A DNA stretch of 64,000 nucleotides from the human T2T-CHM13v2.0 reference genome, Homo sapiens: assembly GCF_009914755.1 (NCBI RefSeq), contig NC_060932.1; one strand, written 5' to 3'. A program made the position numbers and the translations under genes. A model generated the notes under the pieces. It saw nothing but the letters and a program-made list of their open reading frames with translations, did no database searches and was not told the origin of the DNA. This document shows positions 37,620 through 56,745 of the stretch, piece after piece; positions within the stretch are counted from its first letter, which is position 1; each line of letters starts with the position of its first letter.

Positions 37620-40130
37620 AAAAAACCTCCCTCTATGATTTTTCTCTCATTATAGTTTTGCCCATTTTTGCTTTATATATTTTAGGATCACATTAATAAG
37701 GCCATATGAATTTAGAATTTTTATACCTTCCTGATGAATTAAAACTTTTACCATTTTTAACCCTCTTTATTTTGGTAATCCTTTTTGCCTTAAATTCTAT
37801 TTTGTCTCATATTAATATACCTATACTAATGCTTTCTTTTGTTAGTGATTTCCTAACATAGTTTTTCTATTTTTTTAACTTATGTTTTTCTTATGTTTTT
37901 GATGTTTCTCTTATCAACAGCATATAAGGTTTTTAAGCTTTATTTTTCTAATAATCTGTGTCATTTAAATGGAATATTTAGTCCATTTACAAATCACTTA
38001 ATTACTGATATATTTGGGTTTAAGTCTATTTATAATGTCTTTTCTATTTACTTGTGTCTTTTCTCTCCTTTGTTCCCTTCTTTCAGATTATTTTTCACAT
38101 TTTATCATTCCATTTTCTCCTTGTATTATTTTGGAATTACACACTGTTTCTGTTCTTTTAGTGATTACCCTGGAAATTAAAATATGCATCTTTCAAAAAA
38201 AGTATCTTTAATTTCTCAGTAATATTAATCAAGACATTGAAAGACGTTGAAGCACTTTAACTCCATTTATCCCTTCCTAATTGATATGAAATTGTCTTGT
38301 GTTTAAGTGTATGCAATGCATGTGTGTATGAGAGAAAAAAATCATGCCTTTCCAATAATGCAGAAAAAGTGTTTGATAAAATTCAACATCCTTTTATGAT
38401 AAAAACTCTTAGGAAACTAGGAATTGAATGGATATTCCTTCATGTGATTAAGGGTATGCCTGCTCTAATGACTTCAACACTGTACTGAGCCAGTGCCGTA
38501 AGACCAAAAAAAGAAAAAATGATATAATGTTCGGTGAATGGAAGAATCAATACTGTTGTCAATTTTCATTAAATTGATTTTTAGAATAAATGCAATCAAA
38601 ATAAAATGTCATTATGATCATTTAGGAATCTAATACGTTAATTCTAAAAATATATGGACATGCACAAAGCCTAGAAGGGTCAATCACTTCTGAGAAGAAA
38701 AACAACTTAGGAGGAGGACTTGCTTTACTTAATATGAAGATTTATTTTGTAGCTACAGTAATCAAACCAGAATAGACATAGAGATCAATGAAGCAGAATA
38801 AATCGTCCAGAAATAGGCTGATGCGTATATGGACACTTGACATAGAGCAGTGGAGAAAGAAATAGTGCTGTCAGAACCGTGTCTCCACATGGGGAAAAGA
38901 TGAAACTGGTCCCTACCTCATGCCATGAACAAAAATCAATTTCAGATACTTTAAAGATTTAACAATGTAAGCAAAATAAGCTGTTAGAAACTAGAGAATA
39001 TCAGATAAAACCATTATAATCTCAGAGTAGGGAAAGATTTCCCAACCCACACAGAAAAAAGCACTACCCATAAAGGAAGATACTACTGAACTTGGAACAC
39101 ACTAAAAACTTATGTTCATCAAAAGATACCCTTAAAGTGAAAGGGCAAGTCCCAGAATGGCAGAAGATACGTGTGACATAAGTAACTGACCAAAGACTCT
39201 TATTCAAAGTATATAAAGTACTCCTATAAATCAATAAGAAAAAGGCAATTCAATAACGATCCAGGCACAAGACTTAAACACACTCTTCACAAATGAGGAA
39301 TCTCAAATAGCCACTAAGCATATGAAAAGGTACTCAACTTCATTAGTAATCAGAGAAATGCAAAAGAAAATCACAGAGATTCCACTACACACACACCAGA
39401 CTGGCAGAAATTGAAATATTTGAAAATATCAAGTATTGACAAGAATGTGGAATAACAAGAACTTTCATACACGGCTAATGGGGGCCAACAACAAGAAACG
39501 GAATGGTTACTTTTGAGTCTGGCGTTAGGTGGTACAGCTGGAGTTACACCTGCCTGATCATCCAGCAATTCACCTTTTAGGAGCATACCTATGAGCAATG
39601 TCTGCAAATGTGCACCAGATGTATGTGGGATTAAACACAGCAGTATCATTGGTAATAAACCAAACTGAAACCTACATATTTGTCAACTTTAGAATGTATA
39701 CATTTTTTGTAGTCATATAATATTATACAGCAGTGAAAATAAATGAACTACAGCAACGTCCAACTTCATAAACAAATCTCACGAACATGTTGAGGGAAGC
39801 CAGATGCAAACTGTATGATTCCATTTCTGTAAGCTTCAAAACAAGATAGAGTGAAGCTATGATGCTTAAGAATGCACACCTAGGTAGTAAGATACAAGAA
39901 AAAGATTTACCGCCTAAGCCTGGATGGTGATCATTTCCGCTTGGGAGGGTAGACTGTGCTTAGGAAGGGCCCTCCAAGCCACAGTGGAGGGACTACTGAG
40001 CTGCAGTTCTATTTTGCAGCCTGATTTATTTTTAGAGAGGTATTCACTTTAGACAAATGCATTCAGCTATATGTGTTTTATTGACTTTTCTGTATGTGCT
40101 TTATTTTCACAATAACAAGGGGTTTAAAAA
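37620..40130. mobile_element. Highly diverged L1ME-type fragments (both orientations)
   Basis: Remnants such as AEKVFDKIQHPFMIKTLRKLGIE, and TCATTAGTAATCAGAGAAATGCAAA. Confidence 0.6.
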
Positions 40131-40707
40131 AGATGTAAGGGAACCAAGTCCATCTTATTGCATGGGCATTTTCATGTCTTCGTGTGACACCTGAGGCTGC
40201 AGAGGAAAGCAGTTTAGATGGCAGTCCGCTGGCAGCAAGGCAGACCCCACGGAGCGGGGAGTTGCCTGATAGCAGCAGCACTGCAACCTGAGATCCCTGT
40301 GCTGAGACTCAGCAAAGGTGAGTGGCAGTAGCTGGCTTGAGTCTGCTTTGCTTTGTATTCCTCTGTTCTTTTAATTGAACTACTTCCCTGACCTTTTAAA
40401 GTTGTTCTTGCAATAATACATATTATTCAGCTTTCAGATTTACAGCTTTCAATCATCCTTTGAGAATGTCAGGTTAGTTCTAGTTAATTTTAGCTGTTTT
40501 CTCTAAACAGGAGGTAAGACAAACTTCTTTGAAATCATGTAATTATCCCATTTGCAAGAAGTCCTTGCCTTTATTAGTAAAGCCTTAATCACTGTCTCTT
40601 TGTCAATGTTTTCATTTTCTTTGGAAAACTATGATCAAATTCAATCATTTTGATGTAATTGACTACAACTGCTTTATTAACCTTCATTTACAAAGAAAAC
40701 TATAGCA

Positions 40708-40846
40708 TTTGGAAAGGCTGAGGTGGGAGGATCACTTGAGCCCACGAGGTCAAGGCTGCAGTGAGCTGTGAAAGTGCCACTGCACTCCAGCCTAGGTGAC
40801 AGAGTCAGACTAGCTCAAGAAAAAAAAAAAGAAAAAAAGAAAAAAA
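40708..40846 (+). mobile_element. Alu right monomer (FRAM-like)
   Basis: Single arm with an A tail. Confidence 0.75.
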
Positions 40847-41812
40847 TTAAATCAAGCAATTTTACTAAATGTAACAAATCAATTAAACCAGTGAAACTTG
40901 CTTGTACATGGGACAGAGCCTCAGTCCTAGCAAGGAAATTGTGTATGAATGTTTTTACTTTGTTCACAACAGACTTTACACTTAGAATACCAATTTAAAG
41001 GTTTTATATAAAACTTTTAAAATATTAAGATTCTGGGGCTCAAAAAGCTCTTTAAGGCCAATTTTAATGAGAGATGATTTGAATGGCTCATGTCTTCCAA
41101 CATTAAGCAGATGTCCATTTTTCAATGCATATTAATAGAAATTCCAATTAAATGCACCAGCTCTAAAGTGAAATGTTGGTGTGCACTTGAAGCACAGGCA
41201 ACAGCTGACCTCAGTTCATCATGTTTACCTTGCTGGCTCATCTTTGTGCATGTATAAATTAAGAACAGTTAAAAATGAACTCACCATCCCAGAGAACACA
41301 TTCACTACTTCTTTTTTGAAATGGCTTAAATGTGACTTTCAGAAATGTCTATTTAGTAAAAAGTTAAATGTTAGAACATTTTTTCCTTGAAATAACAAGA
41401 ATGTGTATTTCACACTCACAAAATTTGTTCATAATAGCCACAGGAAAACATTCCCTATGACTATCTCTGTCCAGGGCCTTAAAAGACCTCAAAAACCAAA
41501 GTCCATCATATCCCAGGCTTTCCTTATTTTAGGCAAAAATGACAGCTGCCACCTTTTTGAGGCCTTATGCAATTGGTATACCAGTATGTAGGCTCCTTAC
41601 TAACATAGCTAAAAATCTCCATGAAGCCCAATCTGTAGCTGTCACTCTGGAAAGAAAATCTATGGGTCTAAGTTGTGTTACGTAACCACACCAATTTACC
41701 TAACAAACCCATCCTGCCCACTAACAGAAACTTTTTAACAAAAATGGGTTGGGTTTTGTTCTGGGGACTGTAGGCTTTTACTTGGATGACCATGCTCAAG
41801 AATTCCAGACAT

Positions 41813-42206
<394 letters not shown>

Positions 42207-43806
42207 TCACATCAATAAGTAGAGCTCCTTTCCCCCACCACTCATCATAAGGATCCTGCATACTCTGTTCTGCCAAAGATAGCATTTTTTGTTTCTTTCA
42301 CTATTCCTTTCAATTACCATCACCATTGACCCACATCTTGTACATTATGAAAAGACTAGAGGAAGGAATATGACGAAAATCACCACACTGCCTGAGCTGT
42401 GATTTGGATAATCTGAAATAATAATTTTCACCTAAAGAGCTGGAACTGTGAGGCTGCCAAGACTGGTGTTTAGGGAGTTCATACAGGTGTCACCATGCTA
42501 CAAAGGAAGCCAGGCACCACCTAAAGTGCCCAGAAAGGCTTTAAAAGAATGTGATTCCTGGTGCTCTAGTTTCTGAAAGTTCGACGACAGGTTGGTGGAC
42601 TAGGGTTCTCAGTATCACACACATTGAGTGTGTCATCCTCCCCAATCTACTGTCAGCAGGAGGTGGAGAGACAACAAAGAAATAGGAGCACCTCCCCTAC
42701 TCCGAACAACTCATTTGTTCCTTGGCTATACATGGGATTATATAATTCAAATTATACTTAAATGCAATATAAATATATTTATGTATGTTTTTTGAAAGTC
42801 TAGAATAGTCTTTGGCCACATTATCTCTTATATTGAAAAAACATAATTGGTTTATGTTGAAATCACTTAAAGCAAATACTCTTCAGTGGCAAAGGCAAGA
42901 ATGTTTTCAAGACAATCCACTAGTAATTGCATAGCACAGTGACACAGCCTGTGTCCAAATAATGGTTATATAAGCCAGCCAAGAAATCAACGGACATACA
43001 TCATTCCTTTTGAGATGACATGACTATACTGTCTAAACTTTAAACAGCATGAAATTCAGAACAAATGTCTGCTATAGGTAGTATCATGTACAGTTCCTCA
43101 ATTCCTCAGTGTGAAGGGGCAGAGGAAGTGTGGAGGCCGCTAAAACTTGAACCTGCCTCACTGCCTACCACCAGAAACTAAGGCCAATTTCCCAAAGTGA
43201 AATCAAATTTTCTGGACTCTGCCTCCTGTCCACAATTCTAAATGATGAGAGGCAAACACAACCCAAGAGACCACCAAAAAGTAATCAGCATTCAGGGCCT
43301 TGAATTCTGGCAAAAGGAGAATGACGAATCTTCCTAGATTACCCAATTAGGTAAAATGAAATGAAAAAAAACCCACAACGCTTTTAAAAATACTGTTACA
43401 TTATAAAATAAGATCTATAAAAATTACTCCTCCCATTTATCACAAGTCTAGGAGCTACTTGTTATTGCAATTGCTTTTTTTTAGGGGAGTGGGGGGGACG
43501 GGAATTAAAATCCCTTTAGGAGGTTTTTATATGAATGCCCCTACAAAATCCAAAGTAGGGTTACCGTGCCATGTTCCTTGGAAATGGAAAACCCATCCAT
43601 ATTGTTGGCATTTAAACACAGACATAAATGAAAACTGGAATTTCAAAGCAAAGGCCATGGACTTGTACTCCTATAATAAAGAGGAAAATGAAAAGACTAA
43701 TGTTTATAGGTCTCTGGGTGTAGAACAAGAATTGAAGAGTTCTGACATACTGGGAAGGGAGAAAAATTCCACATGCAAGACAGACATCCAAAATGGCTCA
43801 ACATAA

Positions 43807-43812
43807 TTTATT
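43807..43812 (-). terminator. KAT6A: Polyadenylation signal AATAAA (likely main KAT6A PAS)
   Basis: TTTATT on plus. On minus there is a UGUA (TGTACA) ~15 nt upstream and GU/U-rich sequence downstream (TGTCTGTCTTGCATGTGG). Confidence 0.75.
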
Positions 43813-44968
43813 TTTTATGTTAAAATGTACAGAGTTCTTTTGAAAGTACTTGCTAGAAAGGGGAAAAAAAGGTATTACATACAAGGAGAGGAAGGGAGGC
43901 CGGCTGGCCCAGGAGCGCGTGACATGGAGAGATACAAAGGCATCTAGGCACCCCTTCCCCTTAGCTTACAAGTCACCATGAACAAAGTACAAAGAGGTTA
44001 CAAAACAGGAAAAGCAAATATAAACAGACAGGATAGACGTGGCTTCCTTTGTACATGCGGCTTTTAGAGGCATCTGGAGCTCTATTCACACACGCTAGAG
44101 ATCTCTTTAAAGAGAATTTATCTTTCTTAAAATAGTTTTTAATATTCTACAACAAAGATAAAAAATTTTAAAGATGGAATGAAATGAAAAAGCTCTTATT
44201 TTAAAAGGCATCAAAGTCACTAACAGTGAGTTTTTAAATTTCTTTTTTAGAAGATTACCCAAGTTATCTTGCTAAAAATACATTTTTTTTAAACAGAAGT
44301 GAAAAAATGACAGGTACCAATATTACTGTGTTGGATAATTTCTTTTATAATATAGAAAAGAACTTTTTTTTTCTACAATAGTTCTACAGTCACAAAGAGG
44401 CTTGTGGAAAAGGGAGCTGCCCGATTGAATTTTTTATAAAGAAACAAACAAAACCAAACACAACCGCAAACCAACAGAAACTGATTTCACGGCCCTCAAC
44501 AGCTTCTCCTTCTGCCTTGACCCACCCTCCTCCCAATATACCTCCCTCCCGACCCACCCCGTCCCCACCCCAACCAGGAAGCAATGACACAGCTGAAGAT
44601 GTAGGGCGATGGCAGCACAGTGCACTTTCTACATAGATGACTGGGAACTGGAATAGTATATACAGAGAAACTGGGTCCTACACAGCCTTGCACATGCTCA
44701 GAGCTGAGAGCGGGAAGATGTGGAATTCTGCGTTTCTACCTAGCACGCTTGAGAAAGTCAATTAAAGTGTATTAAAAAAACCAACAAACCTGTGCATTTG
44801 AAAAAAGTTAATGCCTAATTAGTACTTTAAAAATTTATCTATATAAAATGTACAAATAAAGGAGAGAATTTAATGCTTACAGATATTTCTCTAAGCAGTA
44901 CTTCCCCCTTTTGGATATTTGACTGCACATACCAAGTGGTATAATAGTTTCCATCTTCTAATGATGGA

Positions 44969-45049
<81 letters not shown>

Positions 45050-45054
45050 TTTTT
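44969..45054. repeat. Compound (AT)n(GT)n(AT)n(T)n microsatellite in the KAT6A 3'UTR
   Basis: Read directly from the sequence. Confidence 0.93.
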
Positions 45055-45927
45055 ACCTATCCCTGGAGCAAGTAATAGGAAGAGAATGGGCAAACTGGTT
45101 GCACGAGAGAAAAGAGAATGGAGTTGGGAGCAACACATGAACTTGCGTTATAACATTCTGCTGTCCAGATCTGCCCTACTGTGCTGGTGGTCGGTCTGTC
45201 CCTCTTCTCATTAGCCACTCACAGGAGAGGTGCTTGTGCACTCTGATTCACAGGGGATGAACTCAGGATCTCAAAAGACATACAAAAACTAGAGGTATGT
45301 ATCACTTAAATAGCTACGAAACTCACACCGTGATCTCCCTTCTGACACACATCTGCGCCATCTCTTCCAACATAAAATAAACTGTTTCAATGGTTTGTCA
45401 GTTATTTTTCAAATCACTAAAATGTACAGTCATCCACCAACAATTTAAGAAAGAACCTAAGAGGCAAATCACTGGGGACTGCTATTTGAGTTTTATCAGT
45501 CAAAGGCTCAAGCATCAAGACCCTCAGTTAGCATTTCAAAGTACATACTAGAAACAAGAGGCTGGGTGGCGTGTGTGTGCGTTATGGCTGATTCACCAGG
45601 TGGTAAAAAAACAAGAGGTTAATCTCCTCTTTTTGATTGTTAATTGACCATCTCTATTCCTCCAAAGGCTGGATTTGGATTGCAAACAGCTTTTCTCTGA
45701 GATTCTGCTGTTAATTGAGACTTACAGTATTTTTGTGTCTCTGAGTGCTGAGTGGGAATATTTTAAAAAAGAAGAAAAAAATTATATTACACTTGATTCA
45801 AGAACAACAAAGATTTCAATGAAGTCCGTCTATAAAGAAACATTCTTGGGGAAGGGTTTCAAGAGGTGTGTGTGTGTGAGGAGTGGAGGGGATTTTAAAA
45901 GGAGAAGCATTTTCCTGCCTCACTTTA

Positions 45928-45964
45928 TTAATAATAATAATAATAATATTAACAATAATAATAA
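45928..45964. repeat. Imperfect (AAT)n in the KAT6A 3'UTR
   Basis: Read directly from the sequence. Confidence 0.8.
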
Positions 45965-46504
45965 GTTTAAGGAGCTTGGGTTGTTCTCCATGTCCCCATC
46001 CGAGTCTCCCCTAAGTGCCTCCTGCTGGAATGAAGTAGGAAATGAAAGGTTGGGTTTGGAGGAAAGGGTCTGGTTAACCCTTGAGATGTATATAACATTT
46101 AAAAATGACAACATTGGGAGCTGCAAACAGTGAGGGGAAACATACATTTTAAAATAAAGATAATTCACTTTTACACAAATTCTGTCCATGTGGTATGTAA
46201 AGAAAGTAAGGCTCTTTTTAATTATGAAAAGATTTTGTGCATGTTTCCCCATCCCCAAATCCATTTTTAGATGAGTTCTACTGTAAAATGTTCAAGATTG
46301 TGAAGAAAACCAAAACCCAGAACAAAATGAACCCAAAAAAAGAGAAGATCAGGTTTTCTAAAAAATAAAATAAACCAAAGAAAAATTCCTCTAAATCTAC
46401 AGCAATATTTTAACTGGAAAAAGGTCCATTTTTCTCTGGTTTGTCAGTATAAAAGGTTCCTTTATTTATATATATTTAAGTTTTTGATTGCAAGTTCATC
46501 TTGC

Positions 46505-49198
<2,694 letters not shown>

Positions 49199-50251
49199 TT
49201 ACAAGGTCTTACATTTTCTAGTTCCTTCTTCCAAGACTAGCATATACAATAGAAATGACTTTATTAATCATTACTTTTATAAACTCCTGATTGTCTTCAT
49301 TTTAAAGTTAAGAACCTAGAGGATAAAACTAATTAGTGACATATTCTAAGTCACACAGTGAATTGGCAGAACTATGAAAGAATCCTGGTCAACATTATGT
49401 TATCAGACACTAGTCAGAACCAATTCAAGACTACCATCATCAGCTGCATGTCTGTGGGAAGTTACTCTACATTTCAGTTTCATCATCTGTAAAATGGAGA
49501 TGAACTTTATAAAGAGGCAAATAAGTAGTAAGCAGTACTTTTATCAAGTTGTCTCTACTAAAAGTTACAAATTAGCTTATTTCCTCTTTTTTTTTCTGCT
49601 TGTGATTTACTTTATCTCTCGGATTTTCTTACTTTCCACAAATCATCACTTCAGGTAGTATGATGAGCCAATTACTCTAGGCCATGACTGAGCCATCGTA
49701 TGTGAACAGTTGTTCAATTAATGTTGTGTTTGTATGGGAATAGCTGCAAAGCATTTATTTAGTCCTAGACAAAAACTGACATTTAGACTTAGACAAACAA
49801 GAAAAAATTAAAGCACCAATTACATTCATTAGAAATAAATTTTATATTATTAGCATTTTAAAAAAACTATGGTAAACTATACGTAACATAAAACTTAAAA
49901 TTTTAACCATTTATAAGTGTTAAGTTCAGTGGCATTAAGTACACTCACATTGCCTATTAATTTTTAAAGAATAAGAATACCAAGACAAGAACATGATGCA
50001 GTGGGGGCACGGCTAAAAAGGCACAGTTAGTAGTAGTAACTTGAAAGTCAACAAAGGAAATGGCTGCATCAGCAAAAATCTAAGTCCATGGGAACTTAAT
50101 CAGGGGTACTATTTTAGTGTACAATGATCTAAGACAGAATATAAAGTGCTAAATTTACAAAATAAATTTTTAGTTTCCTAGTTATGTTATTTCAAAACAT
50201 AGCAAGTTAAACTCTGTAGAATCATTCATGATAGAGCAAAGAACACATTCA

Positions 50252-50638
<387 letters not shown>

Positions 50639-51385
50639 CTAGACTTGAAACTGACTGAATTTTTAAAAGAATTAAAAAGTTCAACCAGTTAATGCATAAA
50701 AGCTAAAGGTTTATGTACCAAGACTGGACAAGTAGATTTCTTCAAATTTGCCCAACAAAGTAAAAATGCTCATTCTGAGCCCATGCGAGATAAACACACT
50801 GCAGATGCAGGCAGCATGAGACACTGGCAAAACTTTAGGCTAGGGTGAAAAAGACTTGTTTCTGACCTGGCTCATATATATGAGACCTAGTTTCAGTGTC
50901 TCTAGAGAAGAAATGACAACTAGGCTGCTTTAAAAGTAAATAGTTGGATTTGTATCTATACTATAAAATTTATTTTGAGTTATTGTTACCATTTGTGAGA
51001 AATTTACTACTAGTTGGGTAAGACACATTAGAGATACAATTCAGGAAAGACTCCTGAACAGATGTGACACAAGTTCCAATTTACATGAATCTGCTCTTTC
51101 TGGAGAATTGTCTTCTTAGCATTCACTCATTTAACACTACTTACTGAGCGCCGGGCTTAAGCACTCAGCATACAGCAATGAGCAAAACAGACTAAGTCTA
51201 GAGAATGCACATTCTAGTGAAGGGTTATTACATCTTCCTGATGCTAAGTCCAACTCTCCCATTAACTAAAGATTCTGATAAAGGCTTAGAAAGGATTGGG
51301 CAAAAAAGAACAGTTGCCTAATAGTAAGATATTTTCTGCAGAGGCAAATTAATAGAGGTTCTGAGTTGAAGGGAAAACACATTTA

Positions 51386-51892
<507 letters not shown>

Positions 51893-52804
51893 TTACAGTT
51901 ATGAACACTATCTTTTCTATTAATAATACGAAAACAGTTTTAAAACCAAATAGAATTAGCACATATAAAATGAGGATGTTGTTTGCCAAAAAATATTTTG
52001 AATATTATTTCAAAATACTATAGTAAGATAATACACTTATTATAAATACAAAGGTATTAGGCAATTGAACACAACTTTGTAAAAGAATAGGCAGCCATCT
52101 CCAAATAGCAGACATTATAATTCTCTTAATAGTTCAGTTAAATTTAGCACCCTAGAGAGTTGCCCTGTTTTAATACTGAACTGACCCAGAGGCTAATCCC
52201 TTAACTTTTCCAACTTAAGAGCAAAAGAGAAATAAAAACACTTTGTCTTATAGCACTACTGTGAAGGTTTGCAGAACTATCAGTAAAGTTGTATGCCATT
52301 TTCATGAACTACTCATAAAAAGCTGTGGAATGTAGAAATATGGGGCTGAAATGTATTTACTCAGTGTTAGTGAAATATTTCAAAAGTAAAATAAATCTGT
52401 TACTGAAATTTGGGCACACTGAGCACAACTTTGCACTGGACTGACCAAATAGCTAAAATTATACAACTAATATCACAAAATAAGAGATGATGCCCCAGAG
52501 ATTATCTAATCCAATCCCTTCATTCTATAGATGTCAGAGAGGGTATAGGACTTGCTTAAGTTCACACATCCAGTCAAAGCATTTATTCATTAACTTCAAA
52601 ATTACTTTGCATGTGAGCTTACTGCCTGTTCTTTTTCTTTTTTTAACATGATTTGTTTTACTTCATAAATTGGCAATACAAGTGCTAGGATGACAAAGAT
52701 CTATTCTTCATGATCATGCAATGAACAGCAGTTAGTCAATGTTCAATTTTTCTCTACTTCAAACTTAATAGTCCCAATCGAGAATGTAATTTTCAAATTA
52801 GATT

Positions 52805-54310
52805 AAAAATGGCCCTGGTCCTTGGAGAAAAGGCTGATTCTAGGACAAGGGCATGAAATATACAAGATGAACTTGAAGCATCTTGTAGTGCCAGAAAGGA
52901 AATGCTTAAAAACAAACAAAAAGACCCCACAATGACAACAACAGTATATATGTTAAACACAGGAGGCCAGGCGCGGTGGCTCACACCTGTAATCCCAGCA
53001 CCTTGGAGGCCAAGGCAGGTGGACCGCCCAAGCTCAGGAGTTCAAGACCAGCCTGAGCAACATAGCGAAACCCTGTCTCTATCAAAAGTACAAAAAATTA
53101 GCCAGGCGTGATGGAACATGCCTGTAGTCCAAGTTATTCAAGAGGCTGAGGTGGGAGCGTTGCTTGCATCCCAGGAGGTGGAGGTTGCAGTGAGCTGAGA
53201 TCATGCCGCTGCACTCCAGCCTAGGTGACAGAGTAAGACCCCATCTGGGGAAGGAAAAAAAAAAAAAAAAAAAAAAAGCAGCAGCAGCCCAAGAGGGAAA
53301 CTAAAAGAAGGAGCTTCTAATGGTCAAAACTGGAACAATCTGAGCAACAAATTTTAAAAAGCAGTAGTATTGGATTATAAAGTGAAGTATCACGTAAATA
53401 TCTGGGCCAATAATGATATAAATAAATGCTTGGATAAATAAACAGATGAGGGAGAAAGGACAAATCTCCCAAGCAGAAATTCAAATAATTTATGCTGAGC
53501 CTCCACTCTGAGGGGGTAGAAATCTTAAGTGTGGCTATGCACAGTGACTTCCTTCCAGTAAAGGGAAAAGAAAAGTAGAAACCTGACAAACAATATCTTA
53601 AGCCAGGTCATCAAAGTTAACTTCAATAGGGAAAAATCAAATTGATAATACCCTTATATTTGATACTTGCTTCTTTTTATTTTTACAGACGGAGTCTTGC
53701 TATGTCACGCAGGTTGGACTACAGTGGCTATTTACAGGTACAATCATTGTGCACTACAGCCTCCAGCTCAAGTGATCCTCCCGCCTCAGCCTCCCAAGTA
53801 GCTAGGATTACAAGAGTGACCACTATGCCCAGCTTCCCTATACATACTGATAGATATATGCCAACAGGTACCCTTTAATTATGTGATGAGAATGGCACTT
53901 TACCTCTATGGTCTTCCTCTCAAGAATATATTACCCCATTCTAATATCATGAGGGATCATCTACAAAATACCTGACCAGTCATTCTCAAAACTATGAAGG
54001 CCATCGAAACTAAGGAAATTCTGAGAAACTACCACAGCCAAGAGGAACCTAAAGACACATGACTACTAAATGTAATGCGATATGCTGGGTGGGATCCTGG
54101 AATAGAAAAAGGACGTTAGGGAAAACTATGGAAATCTGAATAAAGTATGAACTCTAGTTACTGATGTATCTACACTGGTTCAGTAACTGTGATAGATGTA
54201 CCACACCAACGCAAGGGATTAATAATAGAGGAAACTGGCTGGGGTATGCGAGAACTCTCTGTACTTTCTTTGCATTAATTCTGTAAATGTAAAACTGCTC
54301 TGAAGATATT
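52805..54310 (+). mobile_element. L1MC/MD-type 3' end in intron 15, containing an Alu (52965-53277, +) and a FAM/7SL-derived monomer (53673-53833, -)
   Basis: L1MC-like motifs (GCATCTTGTAGTGCCAGAAAG; GACTACTAAATGTAATG...GGGATCCTGGAA). The monomer carries the 7SL/FAM-type CAGTGGCTATT.ACAGG. Confidence 0.7.
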
Positions 54311-55054
54311 ATTCTTAAAACAAAACAAAACAAAACAAAAGATCCTGTCTTGCTTTTTAAGACCCTGTAAGGAAAGGAACGATTGTGCTGCTTTGGCTGG
54401 AAGCTGGCTGAGTGGCTCTTCCAGGGAGCAGCCTCGCTTCAGTCTGGCTGCCTCCTGGCAATGCTTAAAATCCACTCCATAGCCTGGGATGTTTCTGGTA
54501 AACGGCTTAACAGAATTCATTATCATCATTGTACATTATTTAATAACTAATTGGCTATCATTATGATGGAATATAGTTTAGAAAATATTTTTAAAGCAAG
54601 AGAGACCACGTTAAACCACTGGAGGGATGTGTGAGAAGTGGGGAGAGTAGAGAGAAAACAATAGCACCCAAGATGAGCTACTGGACTCTGAGTACCCCAA
54701 AATATAGGGCAGCACTATGTTCACTTTCCAATTAATTATGTAATATTTTGGCCTCCTTTTCTAATATAAACACTTCTAATCTGTACATACTTTAAAAATA
54801 TCTTTTAAAGATATTTTAGGGCTTTAAGCCCCTAAAAGTCATGATTTGAACATCAAACCAGTAAGCTAAAAAAAAGTTTGTTTGCATCCCAGGAGGTGAA
54901 GCCCTTAAATAAGCTTATGATTTCTAAGTGAATTCCCATGAATCAAAGAAGTCAAACACACACACACATCTCAAATGTTCACTTGGAAGATCTTGAGCTA
55001 CAATATACAGAGGCTTAAGGTTTATAAAGCAATGCACTAGGAATTTCTAACTTA

Positions 55055-55750
<696 letters not shown>

Positions 55751-56607
55751 TTAGAAAATAAAACAATGCTGGTTAATTTTTCAGTCTTGTTTGCTTACAT
55801 TTACCTATTCTGACCTTTTAAGTATTGAGAGAAGAAAAGGAAACTGAGCTTTAAAAAGAAAATGATCAGTTATTTAACATGGATATTTCCTGTTTCAGCA
55901 CTGCTTTAAATTCTGTATATGCATTATTTATTTAATCTCCCCAACAATCATATGAAGTATTACCACTACAACTCCACTTTACAAATGAGGCATGTGGGGT
56001 AGAAAAAAATTTAAGTAATCTGCCCCAGGTCACGCAAGAGCAAGAGAAGATGCTGGGATAGAAAGCCTGGCAGTCTGACTCCAGAGCCTATGTTCTGAAT
56101 CTTTCTGCAGTACCACCCTCAATAAGCAAAGTGAATACTATTGTTCTTTTAAATGTTAAATGAGATTGTTTAATAAAATTTCTCAGAAATAAAAATTTGT
56201 AAACAGGGTGGAGGAGACAGGATCTTGAGACATGGGCAAGAGGAAGGAGGCATTTGAGAAATATGAAAGAAAGTTTATGTAGTTTTTAAATTTACTTTTA
56301 TTCTGAATAATTTCATTTTGAAAAATTAAACTGCACTAAAGAGAGGCATGGGATTTTTTATGTTTATTAAAGGAGGATACCGGTGTTGAAAGGATGAAGC
56401 ACTGCTTAAAAAAAAGAGCTATAAAAGTATGCATCACATGAAGAAAAATACTGACAATGACACATGCACTACAGTTCACCAGCAACCCTTTAACGGCTAA
56501 AGAGATCTGTGTGTCCACAGGATGTTTTGGTGCCCCATCAGAAAACATACACAAGTTTACAATAGTTACTTAATATTCTATTTAAGGAAAATGTATCTCC
56601 ATTTCAT

Positions 56608-56745
56608 TTTGTTGTTGGGTTTTTTTTGTAGAGATGGGGTCTCACTATATTTCCCTGGTTGTCCTGAACTCCTAGTCTCAAGCAATCCTCCCGCCTGGGC
56701 CTCCTAAAGCGCTGAGATTACAGGCATGAAACACCACACCCAACC
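56608..56745 (-). mobile_element. Alu left monomer (FLAM-like)
   Basis: Single reverse arm. Confidence 0.75.

Larger units (their letters stand above)
43780..46504 (-). other. KAT6A: KAT6A 3'UTR (~2.7 kb; 3' end approximate)
   Basis: Alu-free, AT-rich sequence between the stop codon and the distal AATAAA. Confidence 0.8.

Noticed and set aside
53673-53833. 7SL RNA gene
   Set aside because: Lacks the S domain and is diverged. It is a FAM/Alu-type monomer.
54436-54532. Possible C/D snoRNA in intron 15 (ATGATGA ... CTGA on minus)
   Set aside because: No terminal stem and no recognisable rRNA/snRNA guide. The boxes are short enough to occur by chance.
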